From an uncultured Acidimicrobiia bacterium (GTDB lineage: Bacteria > Actinomycetota > Acidimicrobiia > IMCC26256 > JAENVU01), in contig CAWDUD010000004.1 in the NCBI GenBank assembly GCA_963805415.1, positions 9,803 to 73,802 of the forward strand: 64,000 bases of DNA, in the 5' to 3' direction. Shown in pieces: positions 9,189-19,641 of the stretch. The notes under the pieces were generated by a model. It did no database searches. It was given only the letters and a program-made list of their open reading frames with translations, and was not told where the DNA came from. Position 1 is the stretch's first letter; the number at the start of each line of letters is the position of its first letter. A program made the translations under genes and the position numbers.

Positions 9189-10529
9189 TCAGGTCTCTTC
9201 GAGGTAGTCGCGCAGACGGTTCGAGCGCGTCGGGTGCCGCAACTTCGCCAACGTCTTGGACTCGATCTGGCGGATCCGCTCGCGCGTGACCTTGAACTCG
9301 CGCCCGACCTCTTCCAGCGTGCGGACCTGACCGTCGTCGAGACCGAACCGCATCCGCACGACCACGCGCTCGCGGTCGTTCAGCTCCTCGAGCGCCTCCT
9401 CGATCGCCTCGGTGAGCAACGCACGCGCCGCGGCGGTCGCGGGGGCCGTGGCGTTCGGGTCCTCGACGAAGTCACCGAGCGAGGAGTCCTCCTCCTCCCC
9501 CACCGGCGCTTCGAGCGACACCGGCTCCTGCCCGAGACGCTGGATCTCGCGCACGCGGTCCGGCGTGAGCTCGACCTTCTCGGCGATCTCCTCGACCGAG
9601 GGCTCGCGGCCCAGCTCCTGGAGCATCTGGCGCTGTATCCGCGTCACCTTGTTCATCGTCTCGACCATGTGCACCGGGATGCGGATGGTGCGCGCCTGGT
9701 CCGCGATCGCGCGGGTGATCGCCTGGCGGATCCACCACGTCGCGTAGGTCGAGAATTTGAAGCCCTTGGTGTAGTCGAACTTCTCGACTGCACGGATCAG
9801 GCCGAGGTTGCCCTCCTGGACCAGGTCGAGCAGGGCCATGCCCCGGCCCACGTACCGCTTGGCGATCGAGACGACGAGCCGCAGGTTCGCCTCGATGAGG
9901 TGGCTCTTGGCCAGCTCGCCGTCGCGGACGACCGCCCGCAGGCTCGCCCGCTGCTCGGGCGTGAGTTCCGGGTTGTCGGTCAGGCGGGACTCCGCGTCGA
10001 CCCCGGCCTCGAACCGCTTCGCGAGGCTCACTTCCTGGGGCCCGGTGAGCAACGGGACCTTGCCGATCTCCTTCAGGTACATGCGGACGGGGTCGAAGCT
10101 CGATCCCGCCTCCAGCGTCCCCACGTGTGGCGACGGACGCGCCGGCCGCGGGGCTCGCGGCTCTTCGAGAGGGGCCGTCTCCACGACCTCCTCGGGCGCG
10201 GGCGGCGGCGGCGGTGTGATCGGCTCGATCACCGTCCGCGGCTCGTCGTCGCCGGGACGGCTGGCGCGCCGCTCGTCCTCGCGCTGGAGCTCCTCGATGA
10301 TCTCGTCGACGACCTGCACGCCGTTCACCTCGAGCCCGGCGTAGATCGCCGCGAGCTCCGCGGTGTCGGGCTCGAGGTCGGGCAACGCCGCGAAGATCTC
10401 GCCGGTGGTCACGAACCCTCGATCGCGTACCCGCGCGACGAGGTCGTCGATGTCGCCGTTCGGGCGCGGTGGGGTGGTCGACTCGACCGTCCCGTCCGCC
10501 TCGGGTGTGGTGGGTCCGTTCAGTTCCAC
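9189..10529 (-). CDS. rpoD: Principal (group 1) RNA polymerase sigma factor
   Basis: Candidate GTG start at 10529. Motifs: '[22 protein letters not shown]', '[75 protein letters not shown]', and region 4 '[30 protein letters not shown]'. The start is uncertain because the frame is open upstream. Confidence 0.9.
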   Translation of the reverse strand: MELNGPTTPEADGTVESTTPPRPNGDIDDLVARVRDRGFVTTGEIFAALPDLEPDTAELAAIYAGLEVNGVQVVDEIIEELQREDERRASRPGDDEPRTVIEPITPPPPPAPEEVVETAPLEEPRAPRPARPSPHVGTLEAGSSFDPVRMYLKEIGKVPLLTGPQEVSLAKRFEAGVDAESRLTDNPELTPEQRASLRAVVRDGELAKSHLIEANLRLVVSIAKRYVGRGMALLDLVQEGNLGLIRAVEKFDYTKGFKFSTYATWWIRQAITRAIADQARTIRIPVHMVETMNKVTRIQRQMLQELGREPSVEEIAEKVELTPDRVREIQRLGQEPVSLEAPVGEEEDSSLGDFVEDPNATAPATAAARALLTEAIEEALEELNDRERVVVRMRFGLDDGQVRTLEEVGREFKVTRERIRQIESKTLAKLRHPTRSNRLRDYLEET

Positions 10530-12293
10530 GAAGAGATCAAGCGTACCAACTGCATCGCTGCCCCTTCGCCGCTCGCCCACCCGGCGTCGCGCGGCATTTC
10601 TCAGGGGATCGAGCAACCCGGTGATCTCCGCCGCCCGCTCGTCGCCCTCGGTCAGGAGCCGTCGTCGCAATCGTTCAGCTGCCGGACCCACGATGTTCAC
10701 CACGAGCCGGGCGCGCACCGTCTCCGGCTCGTCGTCCTCGATCGGCTCCTCGACCGCCAGACGCTCGAGCAGCGCCCGCGCCGGTCCCTCGGCGCCTTCG
10801 ATGGCCTCGGGCACCGATTCGGCCGACCACAGGTGCTCGAACGCCTCCCGGGCCACGGGATCGGCGAACAGCGAGGCATCGATCCAGTCCACCACCAGCT
10901 CGCCGCGATGGATCGCCCACCGCAGGGCGTCCTCCTCGCGCCGGTCCACCCGCACCGGTGCGCGCCGGACGGGTTCCGCCGGTCCGGCGTCCTCTCCCCC
11001 GCGACGGGCGGCCGGGCGACGGGCGACGGAGTCCTTCACGACCCGGTGGTCGAACCCGGTGCGGCCCGCGACCATCTGCACGTACTGCTCGTGGACGAGC
11101 TCGTTCGGGATCTCCCGCAACACCGGGACCGCGAGATCCACCGCGCGGGCCTTGCCCTCGGGGGTGCCCAGATCGGCGGCGTCGAGCACCCGGTCGAGCT
11201 TGAACTGGGCGAACCGGGGTGCGTGCTCGACCGCCTCGAGCAGCGCGCTCGGGTCCTCCCGCCAGAGGTCACCGGGATCCCGACCGGGGGGGAGCGGCGC
11301 GACCTTGACCTCGATGTCGAAGCGCTGCTCCCACTGGTACCACTTCTCGGCCGCGCTCCGGCCCGCGGCGTCGGCGTCGTAGGCGAGCACCACATGACGG
11401 GTGAAGCTCTTGAGGATCTGGACGTGGTCGTCGGCGAGCGCGGTGCCGCAGGTGGCGACGGCGTTCGGCACACCGGCGAGCGCGAACCCCATGACGTCGG
11501 TGTAGCCCTCGCAGATCACGACCTCGTCGCGCGCGCCGATCTCCGCCTTGGCCCAGTTCAGGCCGTAGAGGAGGCGGCTCTTGTGGTACAGCTGCGTCTC
11601 GGCCGTGTTCTTGTACTTCGGGCCGTCGTCTGCCAGCGTGCGGCCGCCGAACCCGACGGGCTTGCCGGCCCGGTCGAAGACCGGGAACATCAACCGCGAG
11701 CGGAAGAAGTCCTGCGCCTTCTGCGCGCGGTTCACGAACGCGAGACCCGCCGCGACGATGTCGTCGCGGCTGAACTTCAGGGTGTAGAGATGTCGCGCGA
11801 GCGCGTCGAACGAGTCGGGCGACCAGCCGAGCTGGAACCGGCGCGCCGCGTCGCCGTCGAACCCGCGACTGCGGAGGTACCCGCGGGCGTGCCCACCCGC
11901 CGGGTCCTCCAGCAGCAGCCGGTGGTAGTACTCGACCGCGGCGCCGACCGCCTCGTGCAGCCGCTCCCGCTTGCGACGGTCCTGCGTCGCGCCCACGGTG
12001 TCGTACCGCAGGGTGATCCCGGCCTTGACCGCGAGGCGCTCGACCGCCTCGGCGAAGTCGAGACCCTCGATCTTGCGGACGAACGTGATCGCGTCGCCGC
12101 TCTCCTGGCAGCCGAAGCAGTAGTAGAAGCCGAGTTGCGGGTTGACCGAGAAGCTCGCGGTCTTCTCTCCGTGGAAGGGGCAGAGGCCGACGAATCGGCC
12201 TCCGGCGCGCTTGAGCGCAACGTGCTCGCCGATCAACGCGACGATGTCGGTGGTCTCCCGAACCCGCGCGACGTCCTCGTCGAGAATCCCCAT
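10530..12293 (-). CDS. dnaG: DNA primase DnaG (no stop codon before the following sigma-factor frame)
   Basis: Zn-ribbon '[30 protein letters not shown]', TOPRIM '[13 protein letters not shown]' and '[16 protein letters not shown]', and a C-terminal helicase-binding-like region. The 588 codons run in frame into the rpoD part (see finding). Confidence 0.9.
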
Positions 12294-12344
12294 GGGCTCA
12301 GGGTACGGCGTCGCCCACCGACGCGCCGCCGCGGAGGCGGCCGG

Positions 12345-13512
12345 TCACCGACCGGTGTCGAGCCCGGCCGGGAGCCCCGCGGGATCCCACCCGAGATGCG
12401 CGCGGGCCTGGGCGAACGCGAACCGGTCCGTCATCCCCGCGACGTAGGTGACCGCCTCGCGCAGCGCCTCGGGCGACCCGGCCCGGGCCCGGTCGAAGCC
12501 GTGCTCGGTCGCGGTGCCCGTGGCCATTGCGACCTCCCGCTCGGGCAGGGCGTGAGGTCGGTCGGCGTAGAACTCGACCAGCGCCCGCAGCACCCGGACC
12601 ACGACGTCGCTCTGGGCGACCGACGCGGGCCGCATGTAGATCTGCTCGTAGTTGAAGGCCCGGAACGCGGCGAGCGCTTCCGCGAGGCGCGAGGAGAGCC
12701 CGACCTCGCTGTGGTCGAGCGTGGTGGCGACGACGCCCGAGATCAGCGCATCCAGCTGGCGGCTCCGGCGGTCGCCGCACCGCTCCTGCACGATCTCGGG
12801 CAGCATCGCGGGGGCGACGATCCCCGCGCGGACCGCGTCCTCGAAGTCATGGCACACGTAGGCGATCCGATCCGCCCACGCCACCACCTCGCCCTCGGGT
12901 GTCGACGGCGCGGGGCGGGACCACGAGTGGTTGCGGATCCCGTCGAGCGTCTCCGCGCAGAGGTTCAGCGGCTCGAGCACCACGTCGGCCCCCCAGACCG
13001 CGTGGTCGTAGCCGCCGGCCACGTACGGGGTGAAGGCGTCCTCGCTCGCATGCCCGAACGGTCCGTGCCCGCAGTCGTGACCCAGTGCGATCGCCTCGGT
13101 CAGCGCCACGTTCAGGCGGCAGGCGCGTGCGATGCCCGTGGCGACCTGGGCGACCTCGAGCGCGTGCGTCAGGCGGGTGCGCTGATGGTCCTCGGGGAAG
13201 ATGAAGACCTGGGTCTTGCCGGCCAGGCGCCGGAACGCCGACGTGCCGTGGAGGATCCGGTCCCGGTCGCGCTCGAAGCAGGTCCGCCAGGCGTCCGGCT
13301 CCTCCACCCGCGCGGTGCCCGCTCCCCCGGGCCCGGGTCGCCCCCGGCGCGAGGAGGGCGTCCTCGGACTCCTCGCGGTCCACCCGCCTGAAGCCGTCCA
13401 CCGCGCCCAGCTTGGCGGTGGCGTCCACATGGGCCCGGCGGACCGGCCCGTCGCCGTGGCCGGTCATCGTCCCGGCCCAGCGCCGTTCCCGCTCGGTCCG
13501 TTCCTCGCTCAC
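12345..13512 (-). CDS. dgt: dGTP triphosphohydrolase-like HD-domain protein (apparent frame break near 13325)
   Basis: 'CFERDRDRILHGTSAFRRLAGKTQVFIFPEDHQRTRLTHALEVAQV' and 'LGHDCGHGPFGH'. The N-terminus ('MSEERTERERRW...ALLAPGATRARG', from GTG 13512) is in another frame and joins at the C5/G-rich run near 13324-13328. Alternatively the gene starts inside the 361-aa ORF (12345-13430). Confidence 0.85.
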
Positions 13513-13555
13513 GCGACGACCCTACCCACGGGGTGTGACACCGCCGGGCACCCGA

Positions 13556-14416
13556 TCACGGTGCGGTCGCCACCAGCCTTCGCAGCACCTCCGGGCGCCG
13601 GGTCAGGGCGATGAGGTGGTCCTCCCCCGGGCCGCGGACCAGCTCGGCGTCGGGCAGCCGGCGCCGGAGCACCTCGCCCCAGACCGGGGGCACCACGCGG
13701 TCCCGGTCGCCCTGCCAGAGCGTGACCGGACCGCGCACGTCCTCGGGGGCGAACCCCCAGGCCGCGGCGTAGGCGCGGTAGTCGTCGGCCTGGCCCTCCG
13801 GATCCCGCAGGGCCTCGGCCATCGTGCGACCCAGCCAGTCCCCCGTCGCCAGCAGCGCGGCCCGCTCGGCCGCGGGCAGCCCCGCCGCGGCACGCCGGGC
13901 CGCCCGGTCCGGATGCCGGCGGGCCGCGCGGCCGAGTCCGGCGAACACCGCGCGCGCGACCGGTGGGGTCCGCGTCGAGAGCAGCACCAACGTGCGGTCC
14001 AGCCGCGAGAGATCCCTCCGCCGGGCCGGGTCGTCCACCGGGACGCACCCCGCGATCACACCCGTGTGCGTGACGCGCGCGCCGAGCCGCGCCGCGACCC
14101 CGAGGGCGTACTGGCCGCCGGCCGACCAGCCCATGACCGCGCACCGGTCGACCCCGAGCGCGTCGAGCACCTCCTCGGCGTCGGCGGCCCAGTCGGCGGT
14201 GTTCGAGCCGGGATGGCGGTCCGACCGTCCGACACCGGGACGGTCGGGCGAGACGATCCGCACGCCGAGCTCGCGGGCGACGGCGTCCGCCGGCTCGACG
14301 TCCATCCGGCACAGGAGCCCGCCGTGACAGTTGAGGACGGGGAATCCGGTCGGGTCCCCGTAGGTCTCGTAGGCGACGCTCCGTCCGTCGCGCAGCCGGA
14401 CGGACGCGACGCTCAC
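13556..14416 (-). CDS. Alpha/beta-fold hydrolase
   Basis: GTG 14416 overlaps the ppdK stop (GTGA). Motifs: 'FPVLNCHGGL' and nucleophile elbow 'VMGWSAGG'. The upstream part of the 512-aa ORF is antisense or ppdK-overlapping read-through. Confidence 0.75.
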   Translation of the reverse strand: MSVASVRLRDGRSVAYETYGDPTGFPVLNCHGGLLCRMDVEPADAVARELGVRIVSPDRPGVGRSDRHPGSNTADWAADAEEVLDALGVDRCAVMGWSAGGQYALGVAARLGARVTHTGVIAGCVPVDDPARRRDLSRLDRTLVLLSTRTPPVARAVFAGLGRAARRHPDRAARRAAAGLPAAERAALLATGDWLGRTMAEALRDPEGQADDYRAYAAAWGFAPEDVRGPVTLWQGDRDRVVPPVWGEVLRRRLPDAELVRGPGEDHLIALTRRPEVLRRLVATAP

Positions 14417-17091
14417 GCCGTGGTGCCCGGACCCGTGGACTCGAGGGCCGCGTGCGCCGCCGCGAGGCGGGCCAGCGGCACGCGGTACGGCGAGCACGAC
14501 ACGTAGTCGAGCCCGACCTCGTGGCAGAAGTGCACCGACGCCGGATCGCCGCCGTGCTCCCCGCAGATGCCGAGCTTGAGGTCCGGACGGACCTCCCGGC
14601 CCCGGGCCTTGGCCCACTCCACGAGCTTGCCGACGCCGTTGCGGTCGAGCTGCTCGAATGGGCTCACCTTCAGGAGCCCGAGCTCGAGGTACGCCGGCAT
14701 CATCCGGCCCTCGACGTCGTCGCGCGAGAAGCCGAAGGTCATCTGGGTGAGGTCGTTGGTGCCGAAGGAGAAGAACTCCGCCGTGACGGCGATCTCGTCC
14801 GCGACGATCGCGGCCCGCGGCGTCTCGATCATGGTGCCGACGAGGTAGTCGACCCGGGTACCCGTCCGGGCGAAGACCTTCTCGGCCTCCTCGCGGACCC
14901 ATCCGTCGAGGAGGTCCATCTCGGTCTTGGCGACGGTGAGCGGGATCATGATCTCGACCCGCGGATCGCCGCCCGCCTCCTTGCGCGCCACGGCCGCCTC
15001 GATCAGCGCACGGACCTGCATCCGGTACAGGCCGGGCTTGAGGATCCCGAGCCGGCAGCCGCGCGTGCCGAGCATCGGGTTCGCCTCCTCCCACACCCGG
15101 AGCGCGTGCATGAGGACGTCGGCCTCGGGATCGCTCACCCCGTTGATGAACGCGTCGACCTGACGGCCGAGCACCTCGCTGTGGCGGGGCAGGAACTCGT
15201 GGAGCGGCGGGTCCAGCAGGCGCACCGTCACCGGCAGGCCGTCCATCGCCTCGAGGATCCCGACGAAATCGGTCCGCTGCTGCACGAGCAGCGCCTCGAG
15301 CGCGGCGGCCTCGCTCTCCTCGTCGTCGGCGAGAATCATCGCCTGCACGATCGGCAGGCGGTCACCGAGGAACATGTGCTCGGTCCGGCAGAGACCGATC
15401 CCCTCGGCCCCGAACTCGCGGGCCTTGCCCGCGTCCTCGGGGAGATCGGCGTTGGTGCGGACCTTCAGCGTGCGGTACCCGTCCGCCCAGCCGAGCACGA
15501 TGCCGAAGGGACCGGTCGGTTCGGGAGTGACGACGGCGACCTCACCCACGACGACCTCGCCGGTACTGCCGTTGATGGAGATGACCTCGCCTTCGCCCAC
15601 GGTCGTGGTGACCGACGTGATGGTCCCGCCCACCTCGCGGTCGCCCGTCACCGAGAACTGCTTGCGCGCGAGGTCGATGTCGAGCATCTCGGCGCCACAG
15701 ATCGCGGGGGTGCCCATCCCCCGGGCGACCACCGCCGCGTGCGAGACGAGGCCGCCGCGCGACGTGAGGATGCCCTCGGCCGCGATCATCCCGTGCAGGT
15801 CCTCGGGCGAGGTCTCCGGGCGCACCAGGATCACGCGCTCACCGGCGAGGTTCGCGGCCTCGGCGTCGTCGGCGGTGAAGTACACCTTGCCGACCGCGGC
15901 GCCGGGCGACGCGTTCAGTCCCTTGGCGAGCACGTCGTAGGACGCGGCCGGGTCGAACTGCGGGTGGAGCAGCTGGTCGAGCTGCTGGGGCTGGACCCGC
16001 AGCACCGCCTCGCGCTTGTCGATGAGGCCCTCCTCCTCCATCTCGACGGCCATGCGCAGCGCGGCGACCGCGGTGCGCTTGCCGACCCGCGTCTGGAGGA
16101 TGAAGAGGCGACCCTGCTCGATGGTGAACTCGATGTCGCACATGTCGTGGTAGTGCCCCTCGAGCCGGTCCATGACGGCGATCAGCTCCCGGTGACACTC
16201 CGGGAACTCGTTGCCCATCTGGTCGAGCGGCTCGGTGATGCGGATGCCGGCCACGACGTCCTCGCCCTGGGCGTTGGCGAGGTAGTCCCCGTACGCCTTG
16301 TTCTCCCCGGTGGACGGGTTGCGCGTGAACGCGACGCCGGTACCGCTGTCGTCGCCCTTGTTGCCGAAGACCATGGTCTGCACGTTGACCGCGGTGCCGA
16401 GATCGTCGGGGATCCGCTCCATGCGCCGGTAGTCACGCGCGCGGCGGCCGTTCCAGGACTTGAACACCGCCTCGACGGCGTACGCGAGCTGCTCGAGGGG
16501 GTCGTCGGGGAAGTCCACGCCGGCGACCTTGGCGACGATGCCCTTGAACGTGGTGACGAGACCCTTGAGGTCCTCCGCACCGAGGGCGGTGTCGACCGCC
16601 ACGCCCCGGTCCTCCATCAGGTCCTGGAGCGCCTCCTCGAAGTCCTCGCCGGGGACGTCGAGCACGATCTTGCCGAACATCTGCACGAACCGTCGGTAGG
16701 AGTCGTACGCGAAGCGCTCGTTGTCGGTCTGGCGGGCGAGGCCCTGCACCGACTCGTCGTTCAGGCCGAGGTTGAGGACCGTGTCCATCATGCCGGGCAT
16801 CGAGAACGGCGCCCCCGAACGCACCGAGACCAGCAGCGGGTCGGTGCCGTCGCCGAGGCGCTTGCCCATGTCCGCCTCGAGCGCGACCCGGGCCGCGGCG
16901 ACCTCGTCCATCAATCCCTCGGGCAGCGTGTCGTCGGCCGCCATGTACGCCTTGCACGCGTCCGTGGAGATCGTGAACCCCGGCGGGACCGGCAGGCCGA
17001 GGTTGGTCATCTCGGCCAGGTTCGCCCCCTTGCCCCCGAGCAGGTACTTCTGCTCCTTGGAGCCCTCACGGAAGGCGTAGACGTACTTCAT
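14413..17091 (-). CDS. ppdK: Pyruvate, phosphate dikinase
   Basis: 892 aa. Motifs: 'MKYVYAFREGSKEQKYLLGGKGANLAEMTNLGLPVPPGFTIST', phospho-His region 'GILTSRGGLVSHAAVVARGMG', and the PEP-utilising C-terminal domain 'GIGLCRTEHMF' and 'FFSFGTNDLTQMTFG'. Confidence 0.95.
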   Translation of the reverse strand: MKYVYAFREGSKEQKYLLGGKGANLAEMTNLGLPVPPGFTISTDACKAYMAADDTLPEGLMDEVAAARVALEADMGKRLGDGTDPLLVSVRSGAPFSMPGMMDTVLNLGLNDESVQGLARQTDNERFAYDSYRRFVQMFGKIVLDVPGEDFEEALQDLMEDRGVAVDTALGAEDLKGLVTTFKGIVAKVAGVDFPDDPLEQLAYAVEAVFKSWNGRRARDYRRMERIPDDLGTAVNVQTMVFGNKGDDSGTGVAFTRNPSTGENKAYGDYLANAQGEDVVAGIRITEPLDQMGNEFPECHRELIAVMDRLEGHYHDMCDIEFTIEQGRLFILQTRVGKRTAVAALRMAVEMEEEGLIDKREAVLRVQPQQLDQLLHPQFDPAASYDVLAKGLNASPGAAVGKVYFTADDAEAANLAGERVILVRPETSPEDLHGMIAAEGILTSRGGLVSHAAVVARGMGTPAICGAEMLDIDLARKQFSVTGDREVGGTITSVTTTVGEGEVISINGSTGEVVVGEVAVVTPEPTGPFGIVLGWADGYRTLKVRTNADLPEDAGKAREFGAEGIGLCRTEHMFLGDRLPIVQAMILADDEESEAAALEALLVQQRTDFVGILEAMDGLPVTVRLLDPPLHEFLPRHSEVLGRQVDAFINGVSDPEADVLMHALRVWEEANPMLGTRGCRLGILKPGLYRMQVRALIEAAVARKEAGGDPRVEIMIPLTVAKTEMDLLDGWVREEAEKVFARTGTRVDYLVGTMIETPRAAIVADEIAVTAEFFSFGTNDLTQMTFGFSRDDVEGRMMPAYLELGLLKVSPFEQLDRNGVGKLVEWAKARGREVRPDLKLGICGEHGGDPASVHFCHEVGLDYVSCSPYRVPLARLAAAHAALESTGPGTTA

Positions 17092-17176
17092 GCGTGTTCC
17101 GATCCTTTGATCTCGACGGGTCTCCGCAGCGTATGCGAAGGCTCCGAGGGCTCAGGTGCTGTTGCCCGGTGGACGT

Positions 17177-18214
17177 TCAGCTGCCGATCGGGTCGGCGGC
17201 GACGACGATCGTCTTGGCCATCTTGTCGTGGACGCCCTGGTGGTTCCGGTCCCGCAGGTTCCAGAGGACCGCGCCGAGGCCGAGGAGGAACGCGAGCGGT
17301 CCGAGCACACCCTGAAGGCCGACCGCGACCACGATCGGGACGGCGAAGTGCGCGAACGATCCGCCCCAGCCCGCGGGCGAGCCGTCGACCCGCACGAGCC
17401 GGATGTGCTGGAGCCGCTTGCCGAGCGTCTGTCCGGTCATCGCGCTCATCGGCACCGTGTAGGCGAGGCACAGCAGGACGATCACCCCGATCATGATCAG
17501 GTACGGGCCCTGCAGCTTCTTCTGCTCGGCGGTCACCTTCTTCTGGAACCGGTCCGACCGGGCCTTGGCGCTCTTCGCGTCGGCGGCCGCCGCGTCCGCC
17601 TTGGCCTGCTGCGCGTCGATCTTGGCCTGGTCCGGGCTCGACTTCGCCTTCTCCTTCTTGACCGCGTCGTCGGCCGCGTTCTTCGCGTCGTTCGCCTTCG
17701 ACTCGGCCTTGTCGGCCTTGTCCACGATCTTCACGTACCGCGAGATGTTGTCGGTCTCGGTCGGGTACTGGTTCTTGATGACCGCGACACCGGCGAAGTT
17801 CGTCGCGACGAAGATCACGATCAACACGACGATGTCGGTGAGCAGCGCCATGTTGCGCGCACGCGGCTCCGCGAAGCGCATGCCCTCGGGAAGCGTGAGC
17901 GTGGGCTCGAGCGGCGGGCGCGCCGGCGCGCGGCTCTTGGCGGAGCCCGCCGCGCTGCGCGCGGCACGCGAGCGTGGAGGCGGCGGCGCGGCGGTGTCCT
18001 CGGCCTCGTCGGCGTCGTCGGCGTCGAGCCAGCCCTCCGCGCGCGCCTCGTCGTAGCGGCCGCGCTGGACCGGGTCCGAGAGCACGTTCCAGGCCTTGTT
18101 GAGCTTTGCCCGCGCGCTCTGGTCGGCACCCTCGAGCTGCTCCCGGTACGCCGCTCGGATGTCGTCCTTGCCGGCGTCCGCGTCGACGCCCAGCAGCTCG
18201 TAGTAGTCGGTCAT
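17177..18214 (-). CDS. J-domain protein fused to an RDD-type membrane domain
   Basis: N-terminal J domain 'DYYELLGVDADAGKDDIRAAYR...SDPVQRGRYDE'. The RDD-like membrane region ('ARNMALLTDIVVLIVIF', 'GQTLGKRLQHIRLVRVDG') is interrupted by a Lys/Ala/Asp-rich helical insert. Confidence 0.7.
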   Translation of the reverse strand: MTDYYELLGVDADAGKDDIRAAYREQLEGADQSARAKLNKAWNVLSDPVQRGRYDEARAEGWLDADDADEAEDTAAPPPPRSRAARSAAGSAKSRAPARPPLEPTLTLPEGMRFAEPRARNMALLTDIVVLIVIFVATNFAGVAVIKNQYPTETDNISRYVKIVDKADKAESKANDAKNAADDAVKKEKAKSSPDQAKIDAQQAKADAAAADAKSAKARSDRFQKKVTAEQKKLQGPYLIMIGVIVLLCLAYTVPMSAMTGQTLGKRLQHIRLVRVDGSPAGWGGSFAHFAVPIVVAVGLQGVLGPLAFLLGLGAVLWNLRDRNHQGVHDKMAKTIVVAADPIGS

Positions 18215-18257
18215 CTCGTCCCCTCTGGCCCTGCGGGCCGGGGCGGTCGTGCCCCGT

Positions 18258-19586
18258 TCACTGCACCCCTCGATCGCGGATCGCGTCGAGCAACCGATCG
18301 ACGCCGACCCGCTCCTGGGTCATCGTGTCGCGGTCACGGATCGTCACCGCGTGGTCCTCGAGCGTGTCGAAGTCGATCGTGACGCACAGCGGCGTCCCGA
18401 TCTCGTCCTGGCGGCGGTACCGGCGACCGATGGATCCCGCCGCGTCCACGTCGATCATCCAGTGGTGCCGCAGATCGGCGGCCACCTTCGTCGTCACCGC
18501 GACGAGGTCGTCCTTCTTCGAGAGCGGCAGCACGGCGACCTTGATCGGCGCGAGACGCGGGTCGAACCGCAGGACCGTCCGCTTCTCCACCTTGCCGGCG
18601 GCGGTCGGCGCCTCCTCCTCGTGGTACGCCGCGAGCAACACCGCGAGGGTGGTGCGGTCGACGCCCCCGGAGGGCTCGATCACGTACGGCACGTAGCGCT
18701 CGTCGGACTCCTGGTCGAAGAAGGAGAGGTCCTCGCCCGAGAACTCGGCATGCTGCTTCAGGTCGAAGTCGGTGCGGTTCGCGATTCCCTCGAGCTCACC
18801 CCACCCCCATGGGTACCTGAACTCCACGTCGGCGGTCCCGGCGCTGTAGTGGGACAGCTCGTCCGGATCGTGCGGTCGCAGCCGGAGCATCTCGGCCGGG
18901 ATCCCGATGTCGACGTACCAGGCGAGGCGCGCCTGGCACCAGTACTCGAACCACTTCGGCGCCTCCGCCGGCGGCACGAAGAACTCCAGCTCCATCTGCT
19001 CGAACTCGCGTGTACGGAAGATGAAGTTGCCGGGCGTGATCTCGTTGCGGAACGACTTGCCGATCTGCGCGATGCCGAACGGCGGCTTCTTGCGGCTCGT
19101 CGTCTGCACGTTGGCGAAGTTGACGAAGATCCCCTGCGCGGTCTCCGGCCGCAGGTACGCCGCCGCGGCGCCGTCCTCCACCGGTCCGACGTGGGTCTTG
19201 AACATGAGGTTGAAGTTGCGGGCCTCGGTGAAGGAGTCCTTCGCACCGCAGTTCGGACAGGCGCCGGACTCGGGGAGCTGGTCGGCGCGGAAGCGCTCCT
19301 TGCAGCTCCGGCAGTCCACGAGCGGGTCCGTGAAGGTCGCGAGATGCCCGCTGGCCTCCCACACCCTCGGAGCCATGAGGATGGCGGCGTCGAGCCCGAC
19401 GACGTCGTCGCGCTCCTGCACCATCGCGCGCCACCAGGCTTCCTTGACGTTGCGCTTGAGCAGGACACCCAGCGGCCCGTAGTCCCAGGTGGATCGGAAC
19501 CCGCCGTAGATCTCGCTGGACGGGAAGACGAACCCCCGGCGCTTGGCGAGATTGACGACGCGATCCATCAAGTCGGATTTGGCCAT
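18258..19586 (-). CDS. glyQS: Glycine--tRNA ligase (dimeric class II type)
   Basis: 442 aa. Motifs: '[43 protein letters not shown]', '[25 protein letters not shown]'. Confidence 0.95.
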   Translation of the reverse strand: MAKSDLMDRVVNLAKRRGFVFPSSEIYGGFRSTWDYGPLGVLLKRNVKEAWWRAMVQERDDVVGLDAAILMAPRVWEASGHLATFTDPLVDCRSCKERFRADQLPESGACPNCGAKDSFTEARNFNLMFKTHVGPVEDGAAAAYLRPETAQGIFVNFANVQTTSRKKPPFGIAQIGKSFRNEITPGNFIFRTREFEQMELEFFVPPAEAPKWFEYWCQARLAWYVDIGIPAEMLRLRPHDPDELSHYSAGTADVEFRYPWGWGELEGIANRTDFDLKQHAEFSGEDLSFFDQESDERYVPYVIEPSGGVDRTTLAVLLAAYHEEEAPTAAGKVEKRTVLRFDPRLAPIKVAVLPLSKKDDLVAVTTKVAADLRHHWMIDVDAAGSIGRRYRRQDEIGTPLCVTIDFDTLEDHAVTIRDRDTMTQERVGVDRLLDAIRDRGVQ

Positions 19587-19641
19587 GAGGTCAGCAGGCT
19601 AGGTGAATCGGCGCCTCGCCCGGGAGTCGAAAACGCGCGCG

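Noticed and set aside
9234-13391. 1385-aa plus-strand ORF
   Set aside because: It is antisense to dnaG, rpoD and dgt, which have clear motifs. It is Arg/Pro/Gly/Leu-rich low-complexity sequence typical of shadow ORFs in very GC-rich DNA.
14452-17496. 1014-aa plus-strand ORF
   Set aside because: It is antisense to the unambiguous ppdK gene. It has no recognisable domains and a shadow-ORF composition.
19587-19641. T-box leader upstream of glyQS
   Set aside because: Only 55 nt separate glyQS from recO, which is far too short for a T-box. No specifier or T-box motif was seen.
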